64,000 bases of DNA from NCBI RefSeq assembly GCF_006345805.1, contig NC_042998.1, positions 104,656,001 through 104,720,000 of the forward strand. Reading direction: 5' to 3'. Numbering within the stretch: position 1 is the stretch's first letter; each line of letters begins with the position of its first letter. The position numbers and the translations under genes are program-made. Source of the DNA: Octopus sinensis (lineage: Eukaryota). Below the pieces are notes generated by a model. It was given only the letters and a program-made list of their open reading frames with translations, was not told the DNA's origin and ran no database searches. Shown here one piece after another: positions 1 through 12,289 of the stretch.

Positions 1-309
1 ACAGATCTTGAATTGGTTTTAGGAGGGTCCTATGTATGCATATATATGTTGTTGCATGGTGATTGTGCATTTATAAGATGTCCTTTTTTGGATGCATTAA
101 TTCATGAGCGAGTGCCGCAATGATTTACACTGTCTTTGTTGTTATTTGATGACGCACACATTATAAAAACAACAAGAAACACATAACAACAGCTAACCCA
201 AGATAGAATGAAAAAATAGGATAAAATAAACAAAACCCGAACTAATAACAATATTACAACGACGACCCTCAACATAGCACAGAAAATAGGTTGAAGGGAT
301 CAAACAAAA

Positions 310-1075
310 AAATGCAATATTTTTGAGGTGTTATGGTACAACCAACTTTTCGGATTACAAATATCATCGAAAATAGGTAAGGATCTTTTTGTAGTGTTAG
401 ATAGGTGCTTCTCTAAAACACACAAATATCATCGTATCTTTAATAAGCACACAGTGAAAGTATCGTACGCCACATTCAACAACACGGAGTACTACATACA
501 GAAATACAACAGTACAAATACATACCTGCAATCAACGATCGCAAACACGGAACAAACATAACAAAGCAATACAGGGTACTGGAGTGATAACAAAAACAAA
601 CACGATAAGGATCACAAAAACAAGGATAGCGGCCCCTACAGCTACAAAAGGAGCCAAACAAAAACCAAAACAAGGAACAACGAAACAAGCAATAACATCA
701 AGAACACAGCAAACAATATCAATCAACCGGAACTTCATGAAAGCGAAAGCAAAAAGTCACCACATAACAAAAGAAATACTAATAGTGTAAATCATTGCAG
801 CTGTTGCAATAAATTTACATGTCCGCTCAAGAATCAATGCGAGCAACAAACATCATATATAAATGCACAATCACCACACGAAACATAAATATAAATACAT
901 AGGGGCCTCCGAAAATCACTTGCAGGTGATTTATTGGAATCTCATCTCCTCATGCCGAAAGATAAACCGGCAACACGCAAAGAAAACCTTCTCAAAAAGC
1001 ATTGAGACAATCCCAAGATGTTGCCACAGCACGAAATATGCGTTTTCTAGATACTGCATAGAAAAAAAATAATAA
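310..1075 (+). mobile_element. Penelope-like element 3' fragment (RT thumb, linker, GIY-YIG endonuclease), frameshifted
   Basis: ORF 328-561 WYNQLF..KIGKDLFVVLDRCFSKTHKYHRIFNKHTVKVSY resembles the PLE thumb (WFNPPF..HKIFNRNTVKVSY). CSCCNKFTCPLKNQC lies at ~797-840, followed by IIYKCTIT and KYIGASEN (GIY-YIG). Confidence 0.8.
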
Positions 1076-1365
1076 ATTGGCAAACTCTCACCCTCTAACT
1101 CACTCATTTTATCCCCATTTCTTCCTATTCTAACATACCAATAATATCATAACAACCACATAGATATCATAATATGTATGCATGTGGGTGTGGTTATATG
1201 TATGCAATGCATCTATATATAGATATTTGTATGTATATATATATATTATGTGCATATATATATATAAGTTGTATATAAATATATATATATGCAAATATAT
1301 ATAGATATTTGTATGTATATATACGTGCATATATATAAGTTGTATATATATATATATGCATACAG

Positions 1366-1440
1366 AGTAGAGGAGATTGGAAACGCAAGTCATAGGCAGT
1401 CTATGACTGCTTATGACTTGTGTTTTCAATCTCCTCTACT
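1366..1440. repeat. 75-bp hairpin, 36-bp arms, TAT loop
   Basis: 1366-1401 is the reverse complement of 1405-1440 apart from three G:T pairs. Confidence 0.95.
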
Positions 1441-1527
1441 TTGTATTTTTTTCGCATTGGCTCTCTAAGAACAATTCGTAAAGATACCGAACTTCTTCTA
1501 ACATACGTAATATTATATATATATATA

Positions 1528-3650
1528 CACTGGTCAACAAAAGGAAACTTTTTTTAGTCATCAGAGTTGCTGATTGACTTTTCCGGATTGGTTTTGATGC
1601 TGATTACGAATCTGAAGTTCGATTTTCTCTATCAGGTCACATTTTTATGTTAATGATATCTGCTGTTTTCACTTATAGGATATATAAAGTATATTGAATA
1701 TAAGATACGATAATTTCATGGCTTTTTATTGTACAAAATTAAAATTATTGTGTACAAATAAGTTAGAATACACTCAAATGCATAATAACTTAAAATCCTT
1801 GGGATCTGGACTTTCTATGGTGTTTTGTCTCAGGTTCATCCCTGTATAACATCCAACAGTAGTCAGCTAACATTCTTGCATTCCAAAATCCTTGATATCG
1901 TTGTTCATTCGATGCAATATCTTGATGAAAGCGTTCCCCTTGCTCATCAGACACTGCTCCAAGCTTCTCTGCAAAAATGTTCAGATGTGAATCAAGGAAA
2001 TGGATTTTTAGGGACATCCAGCAGTCCATTGCAGCGTAGGAGTCTAGAAGACATTTCACTCCATTTCTAAATTCTAGAGATCTCTTGTTGCCTAGGAAAT
2101 TTTCACAGAGCCATTTGAAGGATTCCCAGGCTTTAAGCTCAATCTCATCCAGTGAGGAAGTGGATGTCCTTCAGGAGTTCATTTATCTGCGGACCTATGA
2201 ATACGCCCTCCTTCAGTTTTGCCTTGGTGATTTTTGGAAATTTGGCCTTCACATATTCGAAACCTTTTGAGCTTTTCCTGGCAAGTGTCGTCACGAATTG
2301 TTTCATGAAGCCAATCTTTATGTGAAGAGGAGGAAGAAGAACATTTTCTGGGTTTAAAAGTGGCTTACTCTGGACGCTAGAAACTCCTGGCTCATATGAT
2401 TTTCGCAGAGGCCACTCTGATCGCACATAGTGCTTGTTAGTTGCACGACTGTACCATAGGCATAAAAAGCAACAATATTTGCTGAACCCAGATTGCATTC
2501 CCATAAACATTCCAATCACCTTCAAGTTTCCACATACTTTCCAGCTGTAGTTTATATATTTTATAGCATTGAGGAGTACTTGCATGTTTTTATAACACTC
2601 CTTCATGTACGTGAATGTCCTATGGGAATGGATGGTTTCTTATTGCTGTTGTATAGTAGTACTGCTTTGAGGCTTCTCTTAGATGAATCAATGAATAAGC
2701 GCCATTCAGCTGGAACATGCTCTTGGAACAAACAGCGAAATAACTCATAAGTGTTATTACTGAAACAAAATGGTCCATCAACAGAGAAGCATGAAGTCAG
2801 ACCACTATTTATCTTCCTGAAATGAGTAATACAAACAACTTTCTTAAGCAGACACTTTTCTTGTAGGCTAATAGTTCAGCTTTATCCTTCGACAATGACA
2901 AGTCTCTAACTAAATCATTTAACTCTCCTTGAGAAAATTCTGTGGTACGTCTTCATTTTCAATCGCGAAATCTGAACCCACTTCGGTGTCTTCGACAGCA
3001 GTAATATTTTCCTTAGGAAATACATCTTCGTCAGACATCCGAAGGCTATTTTCTGGTGGTATTGGAATAGGAAGATCATCATCATTGTGTGGTACTGGTC
3101 TTCTTGCTGATTCCAAATTGGTATACACAATCTTATGCTTGGTCTTTACAGTAAACCCACATACGTTAACGTTGCAGAAATAACACTCCATAAAATGATC
3201 CTTTGGCTCTCTCCATATCATAGGTATTGCAAACGGCTTTGCTCTCTTCCTCTTATATAGCCAATCCCTTAGTCCATTTGAACAAACTGAGCAGATGATG
3301 TGCGGGGCCCAACTCTTATCTTGTTCCCCGAGAGAGCAGCCAAAATATAACTGGTAGATCTTCTTGATTTCATTTGTGATGGCACGTTGCTGAGCTTTGG
3401 TAGTAAATGAACCATAAACATGACAAAATATATCAAGACTGTTCTTGCAATGCCTTGACATAGTCAGAATTTACCTGTATAAAACGTTTACGTGTAGCGA
3501 TACTGCTGATGGGAGTTATATACGTCTCTTATCTCATCAGAAAAACTGTGCCTGATAGAAGGAAACCGATTACTTTTTCGAAATCTGCGGACAAAACTAC
3601 ATATAAAACACCATATAATATCCCTGAGGAAAATTGACTGTTGACCAGTG
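1528..3650 (-). mobile_element. DNA transposon, CMC/Chapaev3-like, decayed transposase
   Basis: 12-bp TIRs CACTGGTCAACA (1528-1539) and TGTTGACCAGTG (3639-3650). ORF pieces carry QDKSWAPHIIC, WREPKDH..CYFC, LPPLHIK.GFMKQFV, EGVFIGPQI and AVSDEQGERFHQDI..RYQG. Superfamily assignment is from recalled motifs and CAC..GTG termini. Confidence 0.75.
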
Positions 3651-3748
3651 TAATATGAGGGAATATTATTCCAAACTTACAAGGAAAAATTCAATTTAGA
3701 AATACTAAATCAAATTTCACAAAATATAATATAATATAATATAATATA

Positions 3749-3801
<53 letters not shown>

Positions 3802-3963
3802 TAATATATATATATATATATAGATATATATAAATTAGAAAAAAACCTACCTTTTATCAATTTGAATTATACCATTTAGAAAAATTACATCTTATAGAAA
3901 GATTAAATATAAGATAAAACATATAACAATGATTAAGTAATGTGCAAAATATTAAATAAAACG

Positions 3964-4018
<55 letters not shown>

Positions 4019-4019
<1 letters not shown>

Positions 4020-5202
4020 GAGGGGTACCCAAAAGAAACCGGAGCTTTCCAATATCATTTTATTCACTTAGTTTTTCATGGTTACACTTTTATCGCCTTT
4101 AAAGTATTCTCCATTTGAAGCAATGTATGGATCCAGGCGCATTTCCCACTGTTAGAAGCAGACGTTTTCATTTAAAGATTTGTTTCATTCGAGAGAAAAA
4201 GAGTAAGTCGCAGGTAGGAAGATCGGGCGAATAGGAAGGATGCCTAATCGGGATCATGCGACTTTTGGCAAAAACTATCTCACACTCAAGGCTTCATTCT
4301 CCACTTTGCCATTGGTCAGGTCGTTGTCATCTCACTTCGTCTGGCAAATGCTTCAGAACTGCCCAGTAAGATGTCTGGTTAACAGTTTGAGGAATAAATT
4401 CTCTGTAGACAATTCCTTTCGCATTGATGAAGTTAATCAACATCATTTTGCCTTCAATTGACACGCTTTTTGGGAGTGTAATGACATTGAATACTTCCAT
4501 TGACTTGATTGCCGCTTCGTTTCCGTAGCACCGGCTTTCGTCACCTGTGGTGAAATTCCGAAAAAGGTTCGGATCAACTTCCGACTGTTTTTGCAGTTCG
4601 CGACACGCATTCAGTCGTAACTGCTTTTGATGTTCCGTGAGCGAGACACAAATTTTGCAGCAACTTTTCATTCGTAATTCCTCTCTCAAAACTCGTGAGC
4701 AGGAACTCCAGGATGCCCAGTCATATGGACAAGTTCGGCAATTGCTCGGTGACGGTCCCCCACGATCATTTCATAAATTTTCGTGAGGTTTACATTCGTT
4801 GGGGTGTTTGACGTTCGCCCTGAACGAGGTTGGTCTTCAAGAGACAAGTGACCATTCCTAAAGCGTGGGAACCACTCAGAAACTTGTACTTTTCTTATAG
4901 CAGCGTCTTTGTAAGTTGTCTGAAGCATGACAACTGTTTCTACTGCCGTTTTCCCCAGCAGAAAACAGAGTTTCACGGAAGCGCGCTGTTTCTTCGTTTC
5001 AGCTATTGCAACAATCGATGAACAAGGGGAGAAACAGAGCAAAACAAAGACGCACCACGTGATAATACGACTTCATTCGACGATGCCAGTTGGCAGACTG
5101 ATACCTGATGGTTGCATCAAGTGGTTTCTAGCGGCGGAAGCCCGAACTACAACGAGCTTGTACCACAGAGAACTTTTCCGGTTATTTTGGGGCACAGCCT
5201 CG
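4019..5202 (-). mobile_element. mariner transposon with degenerate TIRs and TA TSD, transposase frameshifted
   Basis: TA|CGAGGGGTACCCAAAAGAAACCGG at the left end and the rc of TA|CGAGGCTGTGCCCCAAAATAACCGG at the right end. ORFs 4686-5042 (WF.RFRNG..SLEDQPRSGR) and 4327-4689 (TGDES). Confidence 0.9.
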
Positions 5203-5414
5203 TATATAGGCACGACAGTGTGCGTGTTGTGTATATATGGATGTATGTAGTAGGCTATCCGGAAAGTTCAGAGCGTTCTTTTAATATGCAAAAAGGAATA
5301 TTAATAGTTGACCTTTCAATAAATTTTAATCAATGAAATTATTTCCATTATTATTAATGACCTTTACACATCTATCAGGAAATTTAAATATTCCATCAAA
5401 TTTAAATATTCCAT

Positions 5415-5800
5415 CATCATAAAATTTTGTGGGTGAAACTCATAGTAAATAATGCCTTTATGATCCCTTTATGATCCTTTATGATCCCACCTAACGCAAA
5501 GCATAGCCTGTTTGGCACGGATATTCGTCTTCGGTTTCCGTTTTCGGGATCCTTGCGCAAACTCCAGGATCTTTTTCTCAATATGTTTTCGTACAAAATC
5601 CATTTTTCATTTCTAGTCACAAGTTATTAAAAAACAAGTCATCCTTTCATTCCCTTTCGAAAGCATCTCGCAAACGGAATACCGTTCCAAGCAATTTTTT
5701 TCTGAGAGTTTGTGAGGGACCCTCACATTATAGCGAGAAATTCATCCTAGCTTCACTAGGAGTTCATGAGTCGTACTTTTAGAAACTTCCAAGTACTCTG
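5415..5800 (-). mobile_element. second mariner transposase fragment
   Basis: VPHKLSEK and VTRNEKWILYENILRKRSW resemble WVPH.L and VTGDEKW..Y.N..RKRSW. Confidence 0.7.
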
Positions 5801-6253
5801 CATGTTCTCTAGTTGTGATATTTGAGTTTTCTTCGACTTTTGCCTTCAAAACATTTTCATCCAATTTTGTAGGTCTTCCATTCCAAGTTAAACTCTCCGG
5901 TTTGCAAACCACCTTCGAAAAGTTGATTCCCCTACAGCATACTCACCATAAACTTCACAAATGTTTATGCACTTCCTTGCAGCATTTTCTCCCTTTAAAA
6001 AAAAGCAAAGCCTTACAACGCAAATAGGAAATTTTTGGTTATCCTTTTCAAATGTCAATAAAAGTTAACCAGAATGAAAGATTAATCTATTTTTAGTCAG
6101 GAACAAAGAAGAGATGCACTACCACTTCAAGCAACGCCAACATTTTAACTGCGATATGTTTCAGGTATGTTCAATGAAGCCTTAAAAGATTTAGCTTAAA
6201 AACGTTCAGACCTTTCCGGACAACCTAATATGTACGTATATGTATGTGCATGC

Positions 6254-7375
6254 TGTGGCATGCGGGAACTCTCTAGTTTAAAAGAACATATTCGGGTCCC
6301 TAATAGTAAGAGGCCATTGCTGTATATGCTTTGCTGAATTATCTTTTTATTTATTAACCATTATCATCAACCTTAATTGTACCACATGGTGTCAGAAAAG
6401 GGATTCCGAAGGTTTTGAAGCAACTTCTAAAAGAAAAATTCGCTGGGGAAAAATAAAACAAACAAAAAAACGAATGTTTTTTTTTAAGCTTCGGAAAAAC
6501 AGCTAAGACTTCGCCGTGCACTCACGCCATAAACAAAAAGAAAAAAGAAAGAAAATTATTCACAGAATTGTAAGTTTATTTTCTTCATTTAATTCAACGA
6601 ATGTCTGCAAAACCTTTTTCTGCGAATATTCCACCTCCTAAGCGAATGTCTTTATAAGGAAATGTGGCTAGCAATTGGAGAAGATTTAAACGAAAATTAT
6701 TCAATTGCCAGTTGACTCTCAAATTAAATCGAGACTGGTTTTCAAATTTTTGTATTTCTGATGACTATTGGAGAAGAATGTTTTAATATATATGAAAGAC
6801 TACAAACTAACGATGAAGAATCGAAAGGTAACCTGTCTGAAGTAATTAACAAATTCGAGGAATTTTTCCTTGGTGAGACGCACGAGACTTATTAGTGTTA
6901 TTAATTCCACCTTCGGAAACAAAATAATATCAAGAACATAGTAACCTACATAGCTGTCTTGCGCCAACTTGCACATAATTGCAACTTTGGGGAATTAAAG
7001 GAAAGACTTATTAGGGATCAAGTTGTTGTTGGTGCTAAAGACGATCTTTTTAGAGAGAAAACTTTTAGCAGACAAAAAGCTAACCCTCGACAAGTGCCTA
7101 CAGTTAGGTAGAGCACATGAGACATAAAAAAATAAACAAACAAGAGCTATCTCCTCAACTGTCAATGCAACAGATCTACAGTTAAACCGTGTCACAAGAC
7201 CAAATAATAAAAAAACGGCATCAGCATAAAAAGAAGATGCCCGAGAGAAAGTGCATGCGGTGTGGAATGATCACATTTTACAATAGAGATGACTGCCTCG
7301 CCTCAGCATCAAGTTGCAGACGGTGTTCGAAAATAGGACAGTACGCAATAGTTTGCAAGGATTTTTAAAGAGTTA
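6254..7375 (+). mobile_element. Gypsy-type LTR retrotransposon 5' end: short LTR, PBS and decayed gag
   Basis: TGTGG...CCACA (6254-6386) is followed directly by a PBS-like TGGTGTCAGAA (6387-6397). From 6601, gag-like PPP..GNVASNWRRFK and LAHNCNFGELKERLIRDQVVVG, then a C-rich knuckle region (CRRCSKIGQYAIVC). Confidence 0.7.
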
Positions 7376-7399
7376 GGGCAAAGAACAAATTTGTTGAAT

Positions 7400-8340
7400 G
7401 GGAGTTGACACCTCCCCAAAATGGCTTGAGGAGTTTGAAAGGAAGACGATGGTGTTGAGGACTTACTCCAAGTCCCTCGACACCATAGCCGTCTGCCAGA
7501 AAAAACATAATTGAAAAAGGGTGGCAGTAGTACCAAGCTACTCAATGTAAAAAGTTTGCCTGCGGCTGATTGGGAGGGGTCAAAAGCTGTTTTGACCCTA
7601 AGGACCCAATCAGCCGAAAATCTGGTTTTTCCAGATTTTTTAAGGATGGCCAGGTCTAGGTATCCGGTGATGCTTGAGGGAGGCTCCCCTCCCCCAAGTG
7701 TCACCTGTGCCTGGAACCCGGTCATATCAAGAAGAACTGCCCCAAGGACCAAAGTAGAGCCCTGAAGCAGTTAATTGAAGTACCACTCCCTGCTCCCTCA
7801 TTGGAGAGAGAAATGGAGGAAGTCGAGGAGGTGGAGGCTTTCTCGAAAAAAGAGCGAAAACGAAAGGTGGGTAACAATGGTTACCCACCGAAGGAATCGA
7901 GGGCTGCGGGAGGAAGGGAGGATCTGCTGGACAAGGCGGAGGAACTCCACCCTCCCGTAGCTCAAACGAAAAAGAAGAAAGAAAAGAAAAATGGGACATC
8001 ACCGGCGGTTGGTGATACACCGCCGGCATGTCCCGAAGCATCTTTGGTGGGAGTTGTGCTACCAAAGATGGAAACTGTACAGCCCCTCCGTTTAATGGAG
8101 GAGGAATTCGTGGTCTTCTTCCATGAGGGAGGGACAGTGGAGCACTTTGTTGGCAAGCTCAAAACGAGGGACTGAAGGAAGAGGATCCTGTCCTGCACGG
8201 AGGACCCTGACTGGCCTTCACAAGTGGCTGCGAGGGTTATGAGGGAGGGCGACCTGTTCAGGATAATGGATTCCTTCTCCAAGGATACCTATACGTTTAT
8301 ATTGAATTGGCCCAACTTGGAGCCGTCCAGGTGTTTTTCT
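7400..8340 (+). mobile_element. LINE ORF1 (gag-like) fragment, Tx1/L1-like
   Basis: Zinc knuckle CHLCLEPGHIKKNC at ~7698-7740 preceded by VMLEG, as in ORF1 at 50481-51355. Followed by a K/E/P-rich tail. Confidence 0.55.
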
Positions 8341-8692
8341 GAGACGAGAAGCCTGGTCGGGCAAGAAGATTATACTTTTGATACCTAAATGGAATTGAGT
8401 AAGAGGTTCATTGCCTCAAAGTGGCTTCGTATATAGTCAACGTAAGAGGTATATTGCCTCCTTAATGTTGTTTTTGTAAGAGGTTTATGGCCTCAAAAGG
8501 TTTTATGAAAGAGAAATGTGCTCGGGTATACAACAATCGGCGGGAGTTGCTATTGCCCTCGTTTTTCACCATTTCATTTGTCATTCATATCATTATATGT
8601 GTGGGTCCAGCTTGCAGATTCCTTTCTGTTGAAGGTCCTTGTGGTCAATTAAATGAACCACATGTTACCAAGTTGGTCAAGTATTTTTTACT

Positions 8693-8770
8693 ACTGCCGA
8701 CCAAAGCCTTGTGAGTAGATATGGTAGACGGAAACTGAAAGAAGCCTATCAAATATATCAGCATGGCCGC
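8693..8770 (+). mobile_element. SINE fragment
   Basis: CCGACCAAAGCCTTGTGAGTAGATATGGTAGACGGAAACTGAAAG matches the rc of the SINE at 42430-42480. Confidence 0.75.
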
Positions 8771-8804
8771 AGCTCTGAGCTGAAACAAGAAAAACGAAAA
8801 ATGA

Positions 8805-8806
8805 AT

Positions 8807-8842
<36 letters not shown>

Positions 8843-8844
8843 AT

Positions 8845-8935
<91 letters not shown>

Positions 8936-8973
8936 ATTATATATATGTGTATATATATATATATGTATATATA

Positions 8974-9063
<90 letters not shown>
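8805..9063. repeat. (TA)n microsatellite; others at ~1180-1360, 3725-3835, 3965-4018, 9425-9520, 9745-9806, 46000-46108, 46620-46812, 57310-57425
   Basis: Direct inspection. Confidence 0.98.
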
Positions 9064-9066
<3 letters not shown>

Positions 9067-9426
9067 TCACAATCAAGGAACGGCCATAATAGGCCATTCA
9101 CCCACTAGAAATAACAGCCAAAGCTTCAACCGCAAAATAACATTAATTCCGTAAACCAGGAGAAAATTAAAAAACATTTACCCTGTAATTTCTTATACGA
9201 TGCACCGTTTCATCTACTGTTTAATGGTAAACTAACCTGATTAAATTAAATCAAGCCAATCTTCCATAGGCCCTTAGATTCGTCAGTAAGAAATAGCCAG
9301 ATCGGAACAGATATTTTCACGAGGCATTTCTGTCCCTGCCTCGGCAATATCTGACCTAAAATTTTCAAATCATCGCACTCGCGCCAAATTTATCGGCAGC
9401 AAATAAATATAAGCCGCCGATTCCAT

Positions 9427-9524
<98 letters not shown>

Positions 9525-9745
9525 GTGTTTTTGTGTCACTGTTTGTCTCTCCCTCATCACTGCTTGACAACTGGCGTTGGCGTGTTTAGGTTCCCATAAC
9601 TTAGTGGTTCGGAAAAAGAAACCGACAGAATAAGTACTAAGCTTAAAACGAAAGAAGTTCTGTGGTCAATTTGTTCGACTAAAAGGTTGTGCACTAGTAT
9701 GGCTGCAGACACATGTCTGAAACATGTAAATGAATAAAAGAATAT
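9525..9745 (+). mobile_element. SINE 3' portion
   Basis: Similar to the rc of 42185-42340 and 48605-48750. Confidence 0.75.
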
Positions 9746-9748
9746 ATA

Positions 9749-9809
<61 letters not shown>

Positions 9810-10049
9810 TAGTTCCAGCCCGAGGGGTGCAACAATGCTGGGACACCACCGTTTACTTTGCTACTCTTTCAATAAACCTCGTCGTATGTGTGGCATTTGG
9901 TGAATGAGTGACTTTAACATTGCTGTTCCCATCTGTGTTTCTATCCTTGAGGCAGACTCATTCGGAACTCATGACAGAAGGTGACTCAGTTTTGTTTAGA
10001 AAACGCCATGTTGGTATGTCAGGCTTTGTGGGAGAATATTGAACAATTC

Positions 10050-11140
10050 TGGGTCCGTGAAGCCCAAGCTATTGCAGTATCTGGTCCTGTATCCTGATGG
10101 CAACGTTGGAAGTTGTGGTACTATGCATTAGCAACCCGTCCTGCTGTTTGTACAACTGGCAATGCTAAAGTTTGGTATAAGTTTCTCTACGATTTTCCAG
10201 AAGTACATTACGGCGTATCTTTCCCACCTTCGTTCTAGGGAGTTGTGTCTTAACTTTTTCAGTCTCTCCCAGTAGTTGACATGTCCCATTGAGATGATCG
10301 TCTTTGTATAGCTTCCCTTGATCGTCGTTACTTTAACACTGTTTGATGATCGCAGTTCGGAGCAGTAATCTAGATGGCTGAGGAGGAAAATGCTCCTGAG
10401 GACCATCATGGTTTCTGTTCTCTCGTTCTGAAAGTTTGAAGAGTCCATTCAAACAACTGTCCGCATTTTATTACCTACTTAGTTACATGCACCTGGAAAG
10501 ATGCACCATTTCTCATGTCGATGCCCAGGTCACACACTGATTTTGATTCAGGTCTTCAATCCTCCTGGGCCACTGTATCCTGTCTACTTTTCTTTGAGCT
10601 TCGTGTTTTGGTAGTGCAGGGCTTGGAATTTTCCAGCATTAAGCTGCATGTAATTTTCCTCTACCCACCTGTATATTGCGTTCAACTCCCATTGCTGATG
10701 CATAATGCCTCCAGGGTTCTGTATCTTCTGAGAGACTTTTGTATCAGCTGCATAGCTAGCAAGGGTGGCTACTTAAGCAGTTGAGAGTATGCCTGAGAGT
10801 ACCACTATTGATAGCAGCGGCCCCAAGACACTGCCCTGTGGAACACGGCTCATTATTTGTGTTTCCTATAAGGCAGCCCCGTTGGATACTACAACCAGTC
10901 TTCCATCTTTTAGAAAGTCATGTAGCCATCCTCCAGCTTGAGACGGATTGCTGGGAATTCATCGGAGTCAGTAGCCTGATTTTCCGTCTTACATTCTTTG
11001 ATATTGATGTAGTCATACTTTTCTGCCTCTCGTCCTGCTTCTGTAGTGGTAAAGATTTCTACAGATTTGCTAGTTTGCATGTGCCATAAGGGTAAGGTGA
11101 AGACACTTCTGAATTGTTCAGAAGAAGGATTTAGGGTCTG
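10050..11140 (-). mobile_element. CR1/L2-group LINE RT and C-terminal fragment
   Basis: ORF 10128-10448 LSHLDYCSEL..VNYWERLKKL..SLERRWERY. Remnants of the VPQG region lie near 10800-10850. Confidence 0.75.
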
Positions 11141-11249
11141 ATTTTACATTTTCCACGAACTACCTCCATTGTTTGAAAATGATTACATCTCACTCCTTTG
11201 GACCTTTACTGTTCAAACTGACAGAAAAACAGATGCAAATAGGCCCTGA

Positions 11250-11540
11250 AGGACTTCAGACAAAAATCATGCTTCCCCATTGAAATGACAGTCCCAATCG
11301 ACATAGTTGTATACCAAGACCTACCAAAAACTGAGCATGTATACAGATCTTGAAGTAGAAATTGGCAAAATGTGGAACTTCAAGACTAAAACAATATTTG
11401 TTGTCATAGCTGCCTTAGGAAGTATAGCAAAACAAACTGATTACTACCTATCCTAGATACCAAATGTCCGAAAATGGAAGAAATTCAGAAAATAGTTCTC
11501 ATGGGAACTGCTCAATTTCTAAAATAAAGAAAAAGCAAAA
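11250..11540 (+). mobile_element. RLE-type (R4-like) LINE 3' fragment
   Basis: IEMTVPIDIVV, ALGSI and IQKIVLMGTA remnants, parallel to the end of the 19834-23634 element. Confidence 0.5.
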
Positions 11541-12289
11541 TTATCTGTGCAATGCCCAAAACATTTTAACTTGTAAACAGTGTCAAAATACACAATAGCA
11601 AATACCTTCTACTGTCATCTGAACAGCACACAATTATCTTAGAAACAAATTGCTTTTAAAACAAACTTCTAATTTTTTTTGTTTTCTCAGATATTCGCTA
11701 GAACAATACTCTGTGAAAAACCAAAACTATATCACTCTAGTCATAACACCAACTTGAACATCTAATTTGTTGTCTCTTGATCTCTCTGGGTGAGACCTGG
11801 AGTCAACTTGTACAAATACAGCTATTACTACTGCTGCTATCAGAATTTACTGCTGCTACTACTACCGCTACAATTAGAAACATACAAGTTGACGATGACA
11901 CCGAGATGTTTTTCCCCGTGTCTGAATTATACCGGTGGCACCAATGAAAAATCCCTTTCTTTCTCTGTATTGGGAGAAAAGAGAATTTACAGTAAAAACA
12001 AACCCTCAGCCCTCCCTCCAGCGTATAAATTACTTTGAAAAGAAATACTTTAAAAGGGAAAAACGTGAGAAAAGAAAGAAAAAAATTGATTTAAATTAAC
12101 GATAGACAAAAACATGTGCCTTCTCGCACATAAACACATTATTCACACATATACAAATATACGCAGACGCAAATATTGAAGTACTAAATGGCACGTCAAA
12201 TGATATTTAACCGTGTGGAACATTTTACATGCATATCAATATTCTAAAGTTGGACCTACTATTCCTTATCCTAAAGCTGCTTCAGACAA

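Noticed and set aside
6097-6164. Plus-strand exon-like segment (tttttag ... CAG|gtatgt; RNKEEMHYHFKQRQHFNCDMFQ)
   Set aside because: Isolated, with no partner exon or recognisable motif.
8645-9097. ORFs rich in YI/IY, LSIY, CV, N/I or K/E/R runs (also 19604-19961, 23508-23729, 30536-30867, 43579-44322, 46576-47032, 55397-56064)
   Set aside because: They are translations of microsatellites. The exception is that ORFs 39210-39836, 40921-41544, 45405-46055 and 32586-32957 contain all or part of real module exons.
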